From the NCBI GenBank assembly GCA_046313055.1, contig JBKDDA010000052.1, positions 4,175-68,174 on the forward strand: DNA of 64,000 nt, given 5' to 3'. This DNA comes from Synechococcaceae cyanobacterium (GTDB lineage: Bacteria; Cyanobacteriota; Cyanobacteriia; PCC-6307; Cyanobiaceae). Positions 1-12,930 of the stretch are shown piece after piece; positions within the stretch are counted from its first letter, which is position 1, and every line of letters begins with the position of its first letter. A program made the translations under genes and the position numbers. A model generated the notes under the pieces. It saw only the letters and a list, made by a program, of their open reading frames with translations. It was not told the DNA's origin and did no database searches.

Positions 1-1
1 G

Positions 2-172
2 TACGACGCAATGGCTCTGGTCGTGGGTGACTGGATGGCCCGGTACCGGATCGCCCCCAGCCAGATCACGACCCATCGTCACGTGGATCTGGGCGGAGAG
101 CGTTCCGATCCCCGCAGCTTTGACTGGCAGGAACTGCGCTCCCGGCTCAGTGCCCTGGGCCTTGGCTGCTGA
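2..172 (+). CDS. N-acetylmuramoyl-L-alanine amidase (AmpD/PGRP-type), C-terminal fragment; the gene begins upstream of the window
   Basis: Frame 2 reads ...QITTHRHVDLGGERSDPRSFDWQELRSRLSALGLGC*, which matches the conserved C-terminal H-x-D...DP..F.W block of amidase_2 enzymes. TGA at 170-172. Confidence 0.6.
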   Translation, partial: YDAMALVVGDWMARYRIAPSQITTHRHVDLGGERSDPRSFDWQELRSRLSALGLGC

Positions 173-193
173 TCGCGCTCAGGCTGATCGGGC

Positions 194-1132
194 TCAGATC
201 TCCAGACCCATCTGGGGCCTGCGGGTGCCATAGATCAGGGCGTGCAACTCGGGATCCTGCATGTTCCTCAGGATTCGGGCCGGGTAATCGAGCTTGCCGT
301 TGTGCAGGTAAGCCAGGGTGGCGAGGCCCTTGGCGTCGCGCGGACTGGTGCTGGCCTCGAGGAGCCGGTCCTGGGGCAGACCCAGTTCGCGGCGAAGCCT
401 GGTGAACTTGCCCACCAGCAGGGCCACATTGCGGTCGGGGTCCAGCAGCTGGGCCCTGGCGCTGGCGATCTCATCAGGGCTGGCCTGCTCGTCGAGCAGG
501 CCCTGCTTCACCAGTTCGCCGAGGCTGAGCTGGGCTGGCCCGTGGGTGCTGAACAGGCCGGAGTGGGCCAGCGTGGGGTGATCTTCCCCCGGCTTGGCGT
601 GCTGCATCTCATCGAAAAGCACAGCCGTCACCAGCAGGGGGTTGATCCTGTGGCGGCGGCATTCATCCAGAATCACCGGCCTCAGAACCTCAAGCCGGGA
701 GAGGGTGTGGGCCCGCAGCGGCTGGAACTGGTCCAGCCCCTCACTGAAGAGCTGGGCCAGCCTCGGCTGGGGGCCATGAACACCGAAGCGCCGCCGCAGT
801 TCGCCGAGCTCATGGGCCGTGAAATCAACCGGATCAGGGCGCTGGCCCTCGTGGGCCAGGGCAGCTGGATCGGCCCCATCACTGCTGATGCTCGCCTGCA
901 GGGCATTGCCGGTGAGCGGTGATGGTCGCACCGCCACCGATGTCGTCTGCAGCGGCACGGTGGCAATCAAGCAGAGAAGAGCACCGATCAGCAGTCTGGT
1001 TCTGGGGAGAACGCGCGAGCTTCCAGCCGCATCAGCGCTCAGGTGCCGGACTGGGTCAGACGGGCATTGCGAATCACTGGATCCGATTCGGGATTCAGTT
1101 CGGAATTCGCTTGGAGAACGGTGGAACAACAC
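194..1132 (-). CDS. Hypothetical secreted or membrane-anchored protein, possibly related to cell-wall metabolism
   Basis: 312-aa ORF with a hydrophobic N-terminal segment (RTRLLIGALLCLIATVPLQ). The block INPLLVTAVLFDEMQH...HGPAQLSLGE only loosely recalls SLT-type transglycosylases. It lies next to an amidase gene. The family is not firmly recognised and the start (GTG at 1132) is uncertain. Confidence 0.5.
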   Translation of the reverse strand: MLFHRSPSEFRTESRIGSSDSQCPSDPVRHLSADAAGSSRVLPRTRLLIGALLCLIATVPLQTTSVAVRPSPLTGNALQASISSDGADPAALAHEGQRPDPVDFTAHELGELRRRFGVHGPQPRLAQLFSEGLDQFQPLRAHTLSRLEVLRPVILDECRRHRINPLLVTAVLFDEMQHAKPGEDHPTLAHSGLFSTHGPAQLSLGELVKQGLLDEQASPDEIASARAQLLDPDRNVALLVGKFTRLRRELGLPQDRLLEASTSPRDAKGLATLAYLHNGKLDYPARILRNMQDPELHALIYGTRRPQMGLEI

Positions 1133-1313
1133 GACGGTCGACAGAACGACGGTGGAACAGCACCGGAATCCGGAATTACCATTAATTTAACGGGCCTGAC
1201 AAGGTGTCGGATGACTGGTGTCCGGTCGTGTCGCTGACACCCGTGGCTGCTTGCCGCCCTGGTGGGGTGTGGATAGGTTGCACCATGGAGCCGGCCGTCG
1301 TGCAGCACCCCCC

Positions 1314-2930
1314 ATGTCCGCCATCACCTTGCCCACGATTCCACCACTCGAGGGCCAGGATGCCGCCACGCTCTGGCAGCGGTTCCAGACCCTGCTCTGG
1401 TACGACGACGAGCTCGGCATCTGGCTGGATCCGAGCCGCATGGCCCTGGCTCAGGCCGATCTGCAAGACCTGGCACCCCGACTCGGCCAGGCCTTCGAGG
1501 CCATGGCGGCCCTGGAGGCCGGGGGCATCGCCAACCCCGATGAAGGCCGCATGGTCGGCCATTACTGGCTGCGGGCCCCGGGTCGGGCCCCAGAGCCCGG
1601 CATCGGGTCCTCCATCACCGCCGAGGTCGACCGCATCGCAGCCTTTGCCAGGTCGGTTCTCCAGGGGGAACGAACGGCACCCGCCGGTTCCCCCTTCACC
1701 GATGTGCTGTGGATCGGCATCGGCGGTTCCGGTCTGGGTCCGCTGCTGATGATCCGGGCGCTGCAGCAGGTGGGTCGCGGCCTGCCCTTCCACTTCATTG
1801 ACAACGTGGATCCCGGGGGCCTTGTCCACACCCTCGATGGCCTGCAGGGTCGCCTGGCCACCACCCTGGTGATCGTCGTCAGCAAATCGGGCGGAACCCC
1901 TGAACCCCGCCTCGGCATGCAGCAGGTGCGTCACCGCCTCGAGGCCGAGGGCGGCCACTGGCCGGACCAGGCGGTGGCCATCACGATGGTCGGCAGCGCC
2001 CTGGATCGCCATGCGGAGGCGGAGGGCTGGCTCGCCCGCTTTGCCATGTTCGACTGGATCGGTGGTCGCACCAGCATCACCAGCGCCGTGGGGCTGCTGC
2101 CCGGGGCCCTGATCGGAGCCGACATCCACGCCTTCCTGGAGGGAGCCGCTGCGATGGATGAGCTCACCCGCCGTGAGGATCCGCTGGCGAATCCTGCGGC
2201 CCTGCTGGCCAGTTGCTGGCATGTGGCCGGTGATGGTCGCGGCAGCCGTGACATGGTGGTGCTGCCCTATCGCGACCGGCTCGAAGTCTTCAGCCGCTAC
2301 CTGCAGCAGCTGATCATGGAAAGCCTCGGCAAGAAGCAGGATCGCAATGGTGTGGTGGTACACCAGGGCATTGCTGTCTATGGCAACAAGGGTTCCACCG
2401 ATCAGCATGCCTATGTTCAGCAGCTGCGCGATGGTGTTGACAACTTCTTTGTGACCTTCATCGAGGCACTCGATGATGCTGCCGCCTGCACGCCCGTTGA
2501 TGGTGACAATCCCGCTGACTTTCTGGAGGGTTTTCTGCAGGGAACCCGCACCGCTCTGACCGAAAGCGGACGCCAGAATCTCACCATCACGCTGCGTCGT
2601 TTCGATGAACGAAGCCTGGGTGCATTGATTGCCCTGTTCGAGCGGGCGGTGGGGCTCTATGCCGAGCTGGTGAACGTCAACGCCTACGACCAGCCCGGTG
2701 TGGAGGCCGGCAAGCTGGCGGCGGCCGGCGTGCTAACGCTGCAGGAGCGGCTTGAGGCGCTCCTGGCCGATGGCAAAGAGCGCACGATGGCCGAGATTCA
2801 GCAGGCCCTGGAGCTGCCGAGCCCCGAACCGGCCTACTGGATTCTGCGCCACCTCTGCGCGAACAGCCGCGGCTACCAGGCCTCCGGGTCGTGGGCCGTG
2901 CCGATGGAGCAACGCTTCGCCAAAGCCTGA
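1314..2930 (+). CDS. pgi: Glucose-6-phosphate isomerase
   Basis: ATG at 1314 (MSAITLPTIPPLEG...). Contains VLWIGIGGSGLGP and VVSKSGGTPE blocks, and length and layout are typical of cyanobacterial Pgi. The upstream part of the listed ORF (from 1218) is probably not translated. Confidence 0.95.
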   Translation: MSAITLPTIPPLEGQDAATLWQRFQTLLWYDDELGIWLDPSRMALAQADLQDLAPRLGQAFEAMAALEAGGIANPDEGRMVGHYWLRAPGRAPEPGIGSSITAEVDRIAAFARSVLQGERTAPAGSPFTDVLWIGIGGSGLGPLLMIRALQQVGRGLPFHFIDNVDPGGLVHTLDGLQGRLATTLVIVVSKSGGTPEPRLGMQQVRHRLEAEGGHWPDQAVAITMVGSALDRHAEAEGWLARFAMFDWIGGRTSITSAVGLLPGALIGADIHAFLEGAAAMDELTRREDPLANPAALLASCWHVAGDGRGSRDMVVLPYRDRLEVFSRYLQQLIMESLGKKQDRNGVVVHQGIAVYGNKGSTDQHAYVQQLRDGVDNFFVTFIEALDDAAACTPVDGDNPADFLEGFLQGTRTALTESGRQNLTITLRRFDERSLGALIALFERAVGLYAELVNVNAYDQPGVEAGKLAAAGVLTLQERLEALLADGKERTMAEIQQALELPSPEPAYWILRHLCANSRGYQASGSWAVPMEQRFAKA

Positions 2931-2972
2931 GTCGACCAAGGCCTGAGTCGATCCAGGCCTGAGCTGAAGCCG
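2925..2972. repeat. Three tandem copies of a 16-nt unit (GCCTGAGTCGACCAAG / GCCTGAGTCGATCCAG / GCCTGAGCTGAAGCCG)
   Basis: Read directly at 2925-2940, 2941-2956 and 2957-2972. The first copy contains the pgi stop codon. The 16-nt period places a TGA in each of the three forward frames. Confidence 0.85.
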
Positions 2973-2974
2973 GC

Positions 2975-2979
<5 letters not shown>
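2958..2979. terminator. Possible hairpin between the convergent pgi and leuS genes
   Basis: CCTGAGC (2958-2964) pairs with GCTCAGG (2973-2979) across an 8-nt loop. There is no U-tract, and the right arm overlaps the leuS stop codon. Confidence 0.3.
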
Positions 2980-5596
<2,617 letters not shown>

Positions 5597-5674
5597 GGCA
5601 TCGCCTCCGCCGGGGAGGCATCGGCACTGCCCAGTGATGGTGCCACAGGCCCTCGCTCCCGCCAGCGGAGGCGA

Positions 5675-5914
5675 TCAGGCGAGGGGCCGAAGGGTCAGCA
5701 GTCCAGCGCGTGCCACCATCACCAATGGCTCATCACTGCCGGTCTCCAGGGCCAGCAGCTCCGGGTCCTGCCAGCGGATGGTGCCCTCCAGGGTGCTGCC
5801 ATCCACCAGCCGCAGGGTCACCGGTGTGCGTTGCCGCACCAGATCCTGGATGTGGCGCACCCCCGGCAGGGTGGTGTCGAGCCGGGGCGTGCGACGCTCG
5901 AAAAAGCTCTGCAT
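5675..5914 (-). CDS. hfq: Cyanobacterial Hfq-like Sm-fold protein
   Basis: 79 aa. The segment LPGVRHIQDLVRQRTPVTLRLVDGSTLEGTIRWQD matches the conserved core of cyanobacterial Hfq (LPSVRQVQ...V.IKL..G....G.IRWQD). Confidence 0.75.
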   Translation of the reverse strand: MQSFFERRTPRLDTTLPGVRHIQDLVRQRTPVTLRLVDGSTLEGTIRWQDPELLALETGSDEPLVMVARAGLLTLRPLA

Positions 5915-5925
5915 AGGATCGGGGT

Positions 5926-7098
5926 TTGAGGGCCGCGCTGACCGTGCTCCACTTCAGCAAATACCAGGGTCTGGGCAACGACTTTCTGCTGGTTGATGCC
6001 CGCGGGGCCGATCCAGCTGAGGATATGGCCGGCCTCACGGCCGATGCCATCGCCCGGCTGTGTGACCGCCGCTTCGGGGTGGGGGGCGACGGGCTGATCC
6101 TGGCGCTGCCGCCCCGCGAAGGCGGGGAACTGCGCATGCGCATCTTCAATGCAGACGGCAGCGAACCCGAGATGTGCGGCAACGGCATCCGCTGCCTGGC
6201 CCGCTTCCTGGCGGACAGTGATGGTGATCCACCCGGTCGCACGTGGCAGGTGGAGACCCTGGCGGGTCGGATCGTGCCCGAACTGATTGACGACGGCTCG
6301 GTGCGTGTCGACATGGGACCGCCGCTGCTGCAGCCCGAGCTGGTGCCCACCACCCTGGCGGTGGGCCCGGCCGGCCTGCCCCAGGGTGAGCTGGAGCTGG
6401 AGGGCGAGCGTTTCGCGGTCGCCGCCGCCGGCATGGGCAACCCCCATGTGGTCATCCCTGTCAGCGATGTCAACGCCATCGACCTGGAGCGGTTTGGGCC
6501 GCTCCTGGAGCACCATCCGGCCTTTCCTGCCCGCACCAACGTGCATTTCGTGCAGGTGTTGCATCCGGAGCACCTGGCCATGCGGGTGTGGGAACGGGGG
6601 GCCGGCCCGACCCTGGCCTGCGGCACGGGTGCCTGCGCCACCCTGGTTGCCTGCCATCGGTTGGGCCTGAGTCGGCGGACGGCGCGGCTCGACCTGCCGG
6701 GCGGTTCGCTGCGGATCGCATGGGATGAAGCCAGCGGCCACGTGTTCATGACCGGACCGGCAGAGGCGGTGTTCGATGCGGTGGTGGTGCCCTCCCTGGT
6801 GGACGAACCGATCGGTGAACCGGTGGTCGAACCCATGGTGGTCCCCATGGGCGAATCCGCTGACGGCAGTGCCGCCGCCGACCCCCTGGCTTCCGTCCCG
6901 GCCCCAGCCAAGGCCATCGACTGCGCCACCGTCTGCGTGAACGGGTGCATCCGGCCCGACGACTGTGCCAATGCCGAGGCCCGCGCCAGGGTGGCGGCCC
7001 TGCTGGCCACCAGCTCGCTTGACGATCTGGTGGGCCTGGCCAACGACACCCTTGAATCCCGCACCCGCGCCCGTTTCGAGAGGGACTTCCCCGCATGA
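5926..7098 (+). CDS. dapF: Diaminopimelate epimerase with a C-terminal extension of about 105 aa
   Basis: Contains FSKYQGLGNDFLL and both catalytic Cys motifs (MCGNGIRC and LACGTGACA). The core ends near VFMTGPAEAVF. A Pro/Val/Glu linker and a CX3CX3CX5C segment follow. The start is TTG at 5926 or GTG at 5944. Confidence 0.9.
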   Translation: MRAALTVLHFSKYQGLGNDFLLVDARGADPAEDMAGLTADAIARLCDRRFGVGGDGLILALPPREGGELRMRIFNADGSEPEMCGNGIRCLARFLADSDGDPPGRTWQVETLAGRIVPELIDDGSVRVDMGPPLLQPELVPTTLAVGPAGLPQGELELEGERFAVAAAGMGNPHVVIPVSDVNAIDLERFGPLLEHHPAFPARTNVHFVQVLHPEHLAMRVWERGAGPTLACGTGACATLVACHRLGLSRRTARLDLPGGSLRIAWDEASGHVFMTGPAEAVFDAVVVPSLVDEPIGEPVVEPMVVPMGESADGSAAADPLASVPAPAKAIDCATVCVNGCIRPDDCANAEARARVAALLATSSLDDLVGLANDTLESRTRARFERDFPA

Positions 7099-8351
7099 GC
7101 GTCTCCGAGCTGCCCCTGGACCGGTCCGTCCCCGGTATTCCCGCTGAGCGGCGCCTCGCCGATCGCGGTGCCTACCTCGATGCCTGTGCCACCACGCCCC
7201 CCGCCGAGTCCGTGCTGGAGGCCATGGCCGAAGCCCAGCGCGATGCCTGGGCCAATCCGTCGAGCCTGCATGGCCACGGGCTGGCGGCCGCCGAATCCCT
7301 GGAGCGCAGCCGCCTCAGCATGGCCGCCAGCCTGGGCTGCGGCCCCGAGCAGGTGATCCTCACCTCCGGGGGCACCGAAGCGATCCACATGGCGCTCCAT
7401 GGCATTGCCGCCGAGGAGGAGCCCGCCCGCCTGCTGATCTCCGATGTGGAGCATCCGGCCACCGTGGCGGCCGCCGATCAGCTGCGCCGCCGGGGCTGGA
7501 CGGTGATGCGGGTTCCGGTGGATCACCGCGGCCTGATCCGTCTCGATGCCCTCGAAGCCCTGCTTACTCCGCCCACCCGGTTGGTGTCCCTGATCTGGGG
7601 TCAGAGCGAGGTGGGTGCCCTGCAGGACATCGATACCATCGGTCGGCTCTGCCGTGGGGCCGGCATTCTTCTGCACGTCGATGCGGTGCAGGTGGTGGGT
7701 CATCGGCCGGTGAACCTGGCCGCGTTGCCGGTCGATCTGCTGAGTTGCGCGTCCCACAAGCTGCAGGGTCCGCGGGGGATCGGTGCCCTGGCGATCAGGC
7801 CGGACCTGCGGCTGACGCCCTTCATCGGCGGCGGCGGCCAGGAGCGCGGTCGCCGGGGGGGCACGGAGTCGGTGGTGCTGGCCGCCGGTTTCGCCAGGGC
7901 CCTCGAACTGGCGCGGCAGCGGCTGGAGCATCACCAGGGCACCGACCCGATCGCCCGAGATCGCGACCGTCTGCTGGAACGGTTGCTCGCCATGGAGGGT
8001 GTGCGGCTCAGCGGGCCGGACCCCGGGGTTCAGCGGTTGCCGCACCACATCAGCCTGCTGGTGTCGACCCCATCGGGCCGACCCCTCTCGGGTCGCCGGC
8101 TGGTGCAGGCCATGGGCCAGCAGGGCTATGCGGTGAGCAGTGGATCCGCCTGCAGCAGCGGCCGTGGTGCCGACCCCTACGGACTGGCGCCCAGCCCGAT
8201 CCTGCTGGCGATGGGCTTCGGGGAAAAGGAGGCGGCCACGGGTCTGCGCCTCAGCCTGGGTCCCTGGCTCAGTGCCGAGGACCTGGAGCCCATCCCGGCT
8301 GCCCTGGAACGGGCCCGACTGCGGTTGATGGCCGGCGAACCGGTCGGCTGA
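7095..8351 (+). CDS. Cysteine desulfurase (class V aminotransferase, NifS/IscS-like)
   Basis: Has the PLP-lysine motif SCASHKLQGPRGIGAL and the active-site loop SSGSACSSG. Its ATG overlaps the dapF stop (ATGA). Confidence 0.9.
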   Translation: MSVSELPLDRSVPGIPAERRLADRGAYLDACATTPPAESVLEAMAEAQRDAWANPSSLHGHGLAAAESLERSRLSMAASLGCGPEQVILTSGGTEAIHMALHGIAAEEEPARLLISDVEHPATVAAADQLRRRGWTVMRVPVDHRGLIRLDALEALLTPPTRLVSLIWGQSEVGALQDIDTIGRLCRGAGILLHVDAVQVVGHRPVNLAALPVDLLSCASHKLQGPRGIGALAIRPDLRLTPFIGGGGQERGRRGGTESVVLAAGFARALELARQRLEHHQGTDPIARDRDRLLERLLAMEGVRLSGPDPGVQRLPHHISLLVSTPSGRPLSGRRLVQAMGQQGYAVSSGSACSSGRGADPYGLAPSPILLAMGFGEKEAATGLRLSLGPWLSAEDLEPIPAALERARLRLMAGEPVG

Positions 8352-8381
8352 TTAAGGTCGCGCTGCCCGCTACAGGCCGCC

Positions 8382-9008
8382 ATGCTTCCCGCCGATCTGC
8401 GCAGTGCTGAGCTGGAGGCCCTGGCGGCATGCGCCGAAGCCCTGGCGGCCGATCCCCGTGGTCTGTGGACCCTGGAGCTTCGCTTTGAGGGTCTGCGGCT
8501 GCTGCCCGTGGTGCTGCGGCTGGCGCGGGCATTGCTCAGTGGGTCAGCCGATCTGCGGCTTCTGTACAGCGACATGGGCGCAACGGCCCTGGCCCGCCGC
8601 GACGCCCCCGACCTGGCAGAGCGGATCGCCAGCCTGGCCGATGAACGGCGCCTGCAGCAACAGGGATCTCCCTCCAGCGGCCCGCTGCTGATGGTGGGAG
8701 TCGGCGCCGCGGATGCGGACCTGGTGGAGGCCGTGTGCGGCGACCACCGGAACGGGGTGATTCTGATCAACGGCAGCCTTGAGGATGCGGCCGTGGGCAT
8801 CGGCAGCGTTGCCCGCAGTCGCCGTCGGGGATTCATCTCCCGCTGGCAGGCGGCCTACGCGCTGGTGCCAGGCGCCGTCAGCGCCCTGCGACGGGCCTAT
8901 CCGGGCCCCTGGGAGCTCTACCGACTCGATCCCGATGGCTACCGGCCGGTGACCACCTTCGACCATCGGCCCGATGGCGAGCAACAGGCCGAGGCCCTGG
9001 CCGGTTGA
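8382..9008 (+). CDS. Conserved hypothetical protein (DUF1995-like)
   Basis: 208-aa ORF with good GC3. Its general resemblance to the cyanobacterial/plant DUF1995 family is from memory only. Confidence 0.5.
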   Translation: MLPADLRSAELEALAACAEALAADPRGLWTLELRFEGLRLLPVVLRLARALLSGSADLRLLYSDMGATALARRDAPDLAERIASLADERRLQQQGSPSSGPLLMVGVGAADADLVEAVCGDHRNGVILINGSLEDAAVGIGSVARSRRRGFISRWQAAYALVPGAVSALRRAYPGPWELYRLDPDGYRPVTTFDHRPDGEQQAEALAG

Positions 9009-9075
9009 TGGCCCTGGTGCGGGGGTGGTGTGCCCCGGTCACCCTGCGTACACTTCGCAGACCTTGCCCGTTCCC

Positions 9076-9600
9076 ATGGCCCGCACCCCGTCCGACCCAC
9101 GTTCCTGGAGCCTGGTGGATCTGGGAGCCGCCGTTGCTGCCCTGCTGGCCCTGGCCGGCGTGGTCTGGAGCCCCAGGCTCAGTGGTGCCGTTGCCAAGGT
9201 CACCGGCGGCGAGGTGCCGGTGACGGTGCTTGTCGACGTGCGCGGCGTGCCGGTTGCCGATCCGCCGGCCCTGATCGAGGCAGCCCGCAAGGAAGGCAAG
9301 GTGGCCATCGTGATCCGCAACCAGCCCCATGGCACCGTTGAGGTGGCCGACATCCAACCCCTGCAGCGCCGCCTCACGATCCTCACCCCCGATGGCCGGG
9401 TGGTGACCAGCCCCGATCCCAATCAGAAAACCTTCGGCTCCTTCGATGCCCGCTTCGTTCTGAGGGGCCAGGGTCGCCGGGCCGGTGGTGGGGTGGTGTT
9501 CGGCAACCAAACCATCAAGGTGGGCGCCCCGGTGGAACTCGAGGGGGCCGGCTACCGCTTCGGCGGCAGTGTCACGGGCCTGACTGTTGGTGGCGCGTGA
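9076..9600 (+). CDS. Conserved hypothetical membrane-anchored protein (DUF4330-like)
   Basis: ATG at 9076 (MARTPSDPRSWSLVDLGAAVAALLALAGVVW, an N-terminal TM helix). The upstream part of the listed ORF overlaps the preceding gene. Confidence 0.5.
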   Translation: MARTPSDPRSWSLVDLGAAVAALLALAGVVWSPRLSGAVAKVTGGEVPVTVLVDVRGVPVADPPALIEAARKEGKVAIVIRNQPHGTVEVADIQPLQRRLTILTPDGRVVTSPDPNQKTFGSFDARFVLRGQGRRAGGGVVFGNQTIKVGAPVELEGAGYRFGGSVTGLTVGGA

Positions 9601-10895
9601 GCCCCTTGTTGATATCCAGCGCCGTTTCCCCCTTGCTGCTGTTCCCCATGCCCAAGCCAAGCTCCGCCCTGTTCACCGGCATGGCGCTGGGTTCTGCAGG
9701 TCTGCTGATCTGGCCCGCAGCGCTGGCCACTCCAGCCCCGCTGTCGGCCCCACCGCCCCTGCTGGCGCAACCCCTGCATACCCGGGCCAGCTGCCCGGCT
9801 CTGCAGCGGCGGGTGGAGCTGACCCTGGGTTCGGAATCGTCGGTCTGGAGTGTGACCATCCTCGATGGCCAGGGGCAGCTGCTGGCTGATGTGAACGGCC
9901 GGCGGCCGCGGGTGCCGGCCTCCAACCAGAAACTGATCAGCACGGCCTTCGCCCTTGATCGCCTGGGCCCCAGCCATCGCCTCAGCACCCGGCTGTGGCA
10001 GCTGCCCGATGGGCGCCTGCGGCTCACGGGCCAGGGTGATCCCGACCTGGATCTGCCCCGCCTGCAGCGCATCGCTCGCCAGGCCCTGGCCCAGACCGCC
10101 GGCACGGCCGTGCGCCTGGAGCTGGCCGAGGAACCCGCCAGCTCCTGGTGGCCCGAAGGCTGGCATCCGGGAGATCGCACCCAGCACTACGGCGCCCCGA
10201 TCACCCGGTTGGCGGTCACCAGCAATGAGGTGGGCTCCGCCGTGAGCAACCCGCCATCGCGCCTGCAGCGGCTGCTCGCCAATGCGGCCAGCCAGCAGGG
10301 GGGCACGGTGCAGCTCACCATGGTGTCTGCCCGCCTGCCGCTGCCCGAAGGGGCTGTGCTGGTTCATGAAGAACCTTCTGTGGCCTTGTTGGGCCTGCTG
10401 GGCTTTGCCAACACGGACAGCCACAATTTCACGTCCGAAGTGCTGTTGCGGGAGGCGGCCGGCACCTGGGATCTGGCCGACGCCCAGCGGCAGGCCACCG
10501 ACTGGCTGAGCCGGCAGGGCGTGCCGATGGAAGGGGTGCGGATCGTGGATGGCAGCGGTCTCGACCGCAGCAACCGACTCACCACACGCAGCCTGGCGGC
10601 CCTGCTGCTGCGCATGGATCGCCACCCCCATGCCGCCACCTATGCGGAGTCGATGGCGATCGCCGGCCGCCGGGGCACCCTTCGCAATCTCTACGTCAAC
10701 ACATCGCTGGCGGGCCAGTTCCGCGGCAAGACAGGAACCCTCACCGGGGTCCGCGCCATCACCGGAATTCTGAACACCGCCGATGGTCCCCGCTACGTGA
10801 GTGCGATCTCCAACGGAGCTGGTTCGCCCAACACCACGATCGGTTCGATCCTGAGACAGGCCCAGGATCCAGCGGTCTGCCGCTCCCCGGTCTGA
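9597..10895 (+). CDS. dacB: D-alanyl-D-alanine carboxypeptidase/endopeptidase (PBP4 family)
   Basis: Has a signal-like N-terminus, the SxxK motif (PASNQKLIS) and the GKTGTLTG (KTG) motif. Its GTG start overlaps the upstream stop. Confidence 0.85.
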   Translation: MSPLLISSAVSPLLLFPMPKPSSALFTGMALGSAGLLIWPAALATPAPLSAPPPLLAQPLHTRASCPALQRRVELTLGSESSVWSVTILDGQGQLLADVNGRRPRVPASNQKLISTAFALDRLGPSHRLSTRLWQLPDGRLRLTGQGDPDLDLPRLQRIARQALAQTAGTAVRLELAEEPASSWWPEGWHPGDRTQHYGAPITRLAVTSNEVGSAVSNPPSRLQRLLANAASQQGGTVQLTMVSARLPLPEGAVLVHEEPSVALLGLLGFANTDSHNFTSEVLLREAAGTWDLADAQRQATDWLSRQGVPMEGVRIVDGSGLDRSNRLTTRSLAALLLRMDRHPHAATYAESMAIAGRRGTLRNLYVNTSLAGQFRGKTGTLTGVRAITGILNTADGPRYVSAISNGAGSPNTTIGSILRQAQDPAVCRSPV

Positions 10896-12348
<1,453 letters not shown>

Positions 12349-12423
12349 TCAGCCAGCCTATGGAGCCGTTGCGCTTCGGTGCCCATGCCTAGAGTCGGTT
12401 GGTTTGTTTCCGGCCGCTCCACG

Positions 12424-12930
12424 ATGCCCAGTGATCCCGGCACCGGTCTTCCGCTCGATGCCGACGCCAAGAAGACCCTGCTTCGCAAGATTCCCCATGG
12501 GGTGTTCATCTGCGGTGTGGCGGAGGGAGAGGACGTCAACGGCTTCACCGCCAGCTGGGTGACCCAGGGATCCTTCGAGCCTCCGCTGGTGGTGATGGCC
12601 GTTCGGGCCGACTCCACCAGCAACGGCATCATTCAGCGCACAGGTCGCTTCTCCCTCAACGTGCTGGCGGCCGACCAGAAGGATCTGGCGGCCGTGTTCT
12701 TCAAGCCCCAGAAGGGAATCGGCGGACGATTCGATGCCGCCCCTTTCCAGCTCGGTCCCCTGGGCCTGCCGCTGCTCACCGATGCCCTCGGGGGCGTGGA
12801 ATGTGAGCTGGTGGGCCAGGTGGCCCATGGAGACCACACCGTGTTTGTGGGTCAGGTGCGCAGCGCCACGCTCCATCGCGATGGGGCGGCCCTGGAGCTC
12901 TCCAGCACCGGCTGGAACTACGGCGGTTGA
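12424..12930 (+). CDS. Flavin reductase-like (DIM6/NTAB family) protein
   Basis: Contains [36 protein letters not shown], typical of the flavin reductase domain. An alternative ATG lies at 12385. Confidence 0.8.
   Translation: MPSDPGTGLPLDADAKKTLLRKIPHGVFICGVAEGEDVNGFTASWVTQGSFEPPLVVMAVRADSTSNGIIQRTGRFSLNVLAADQKDLAAVFFKPQKGIGGRFDAAPFQLGPLGLPLLTDALGGVECELVGQVAHGDHTVFVGQVRSATLHRDGAALELSSTGWNYGG

Noticed and set aside
1182-2408. 408-aa minus-strand ORF opposite pgi
   Set aside because: Same reasoning: it is antisense to a clearly identified gene, has no motifs and has skewed composition.
5733-8048. 771-aa ORF on the minus strand spanning hfq, dapF and the cysteine desulfurase region
   Set aside because: It is antisense to two genes with unmistakable catalytic motifs. 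Its translation is Arg/Pro/Gly/Ala/Ser-rich low complexity with no recognisable domain. Long stop-free antisense frames of this kind are expected at about 65% GC.
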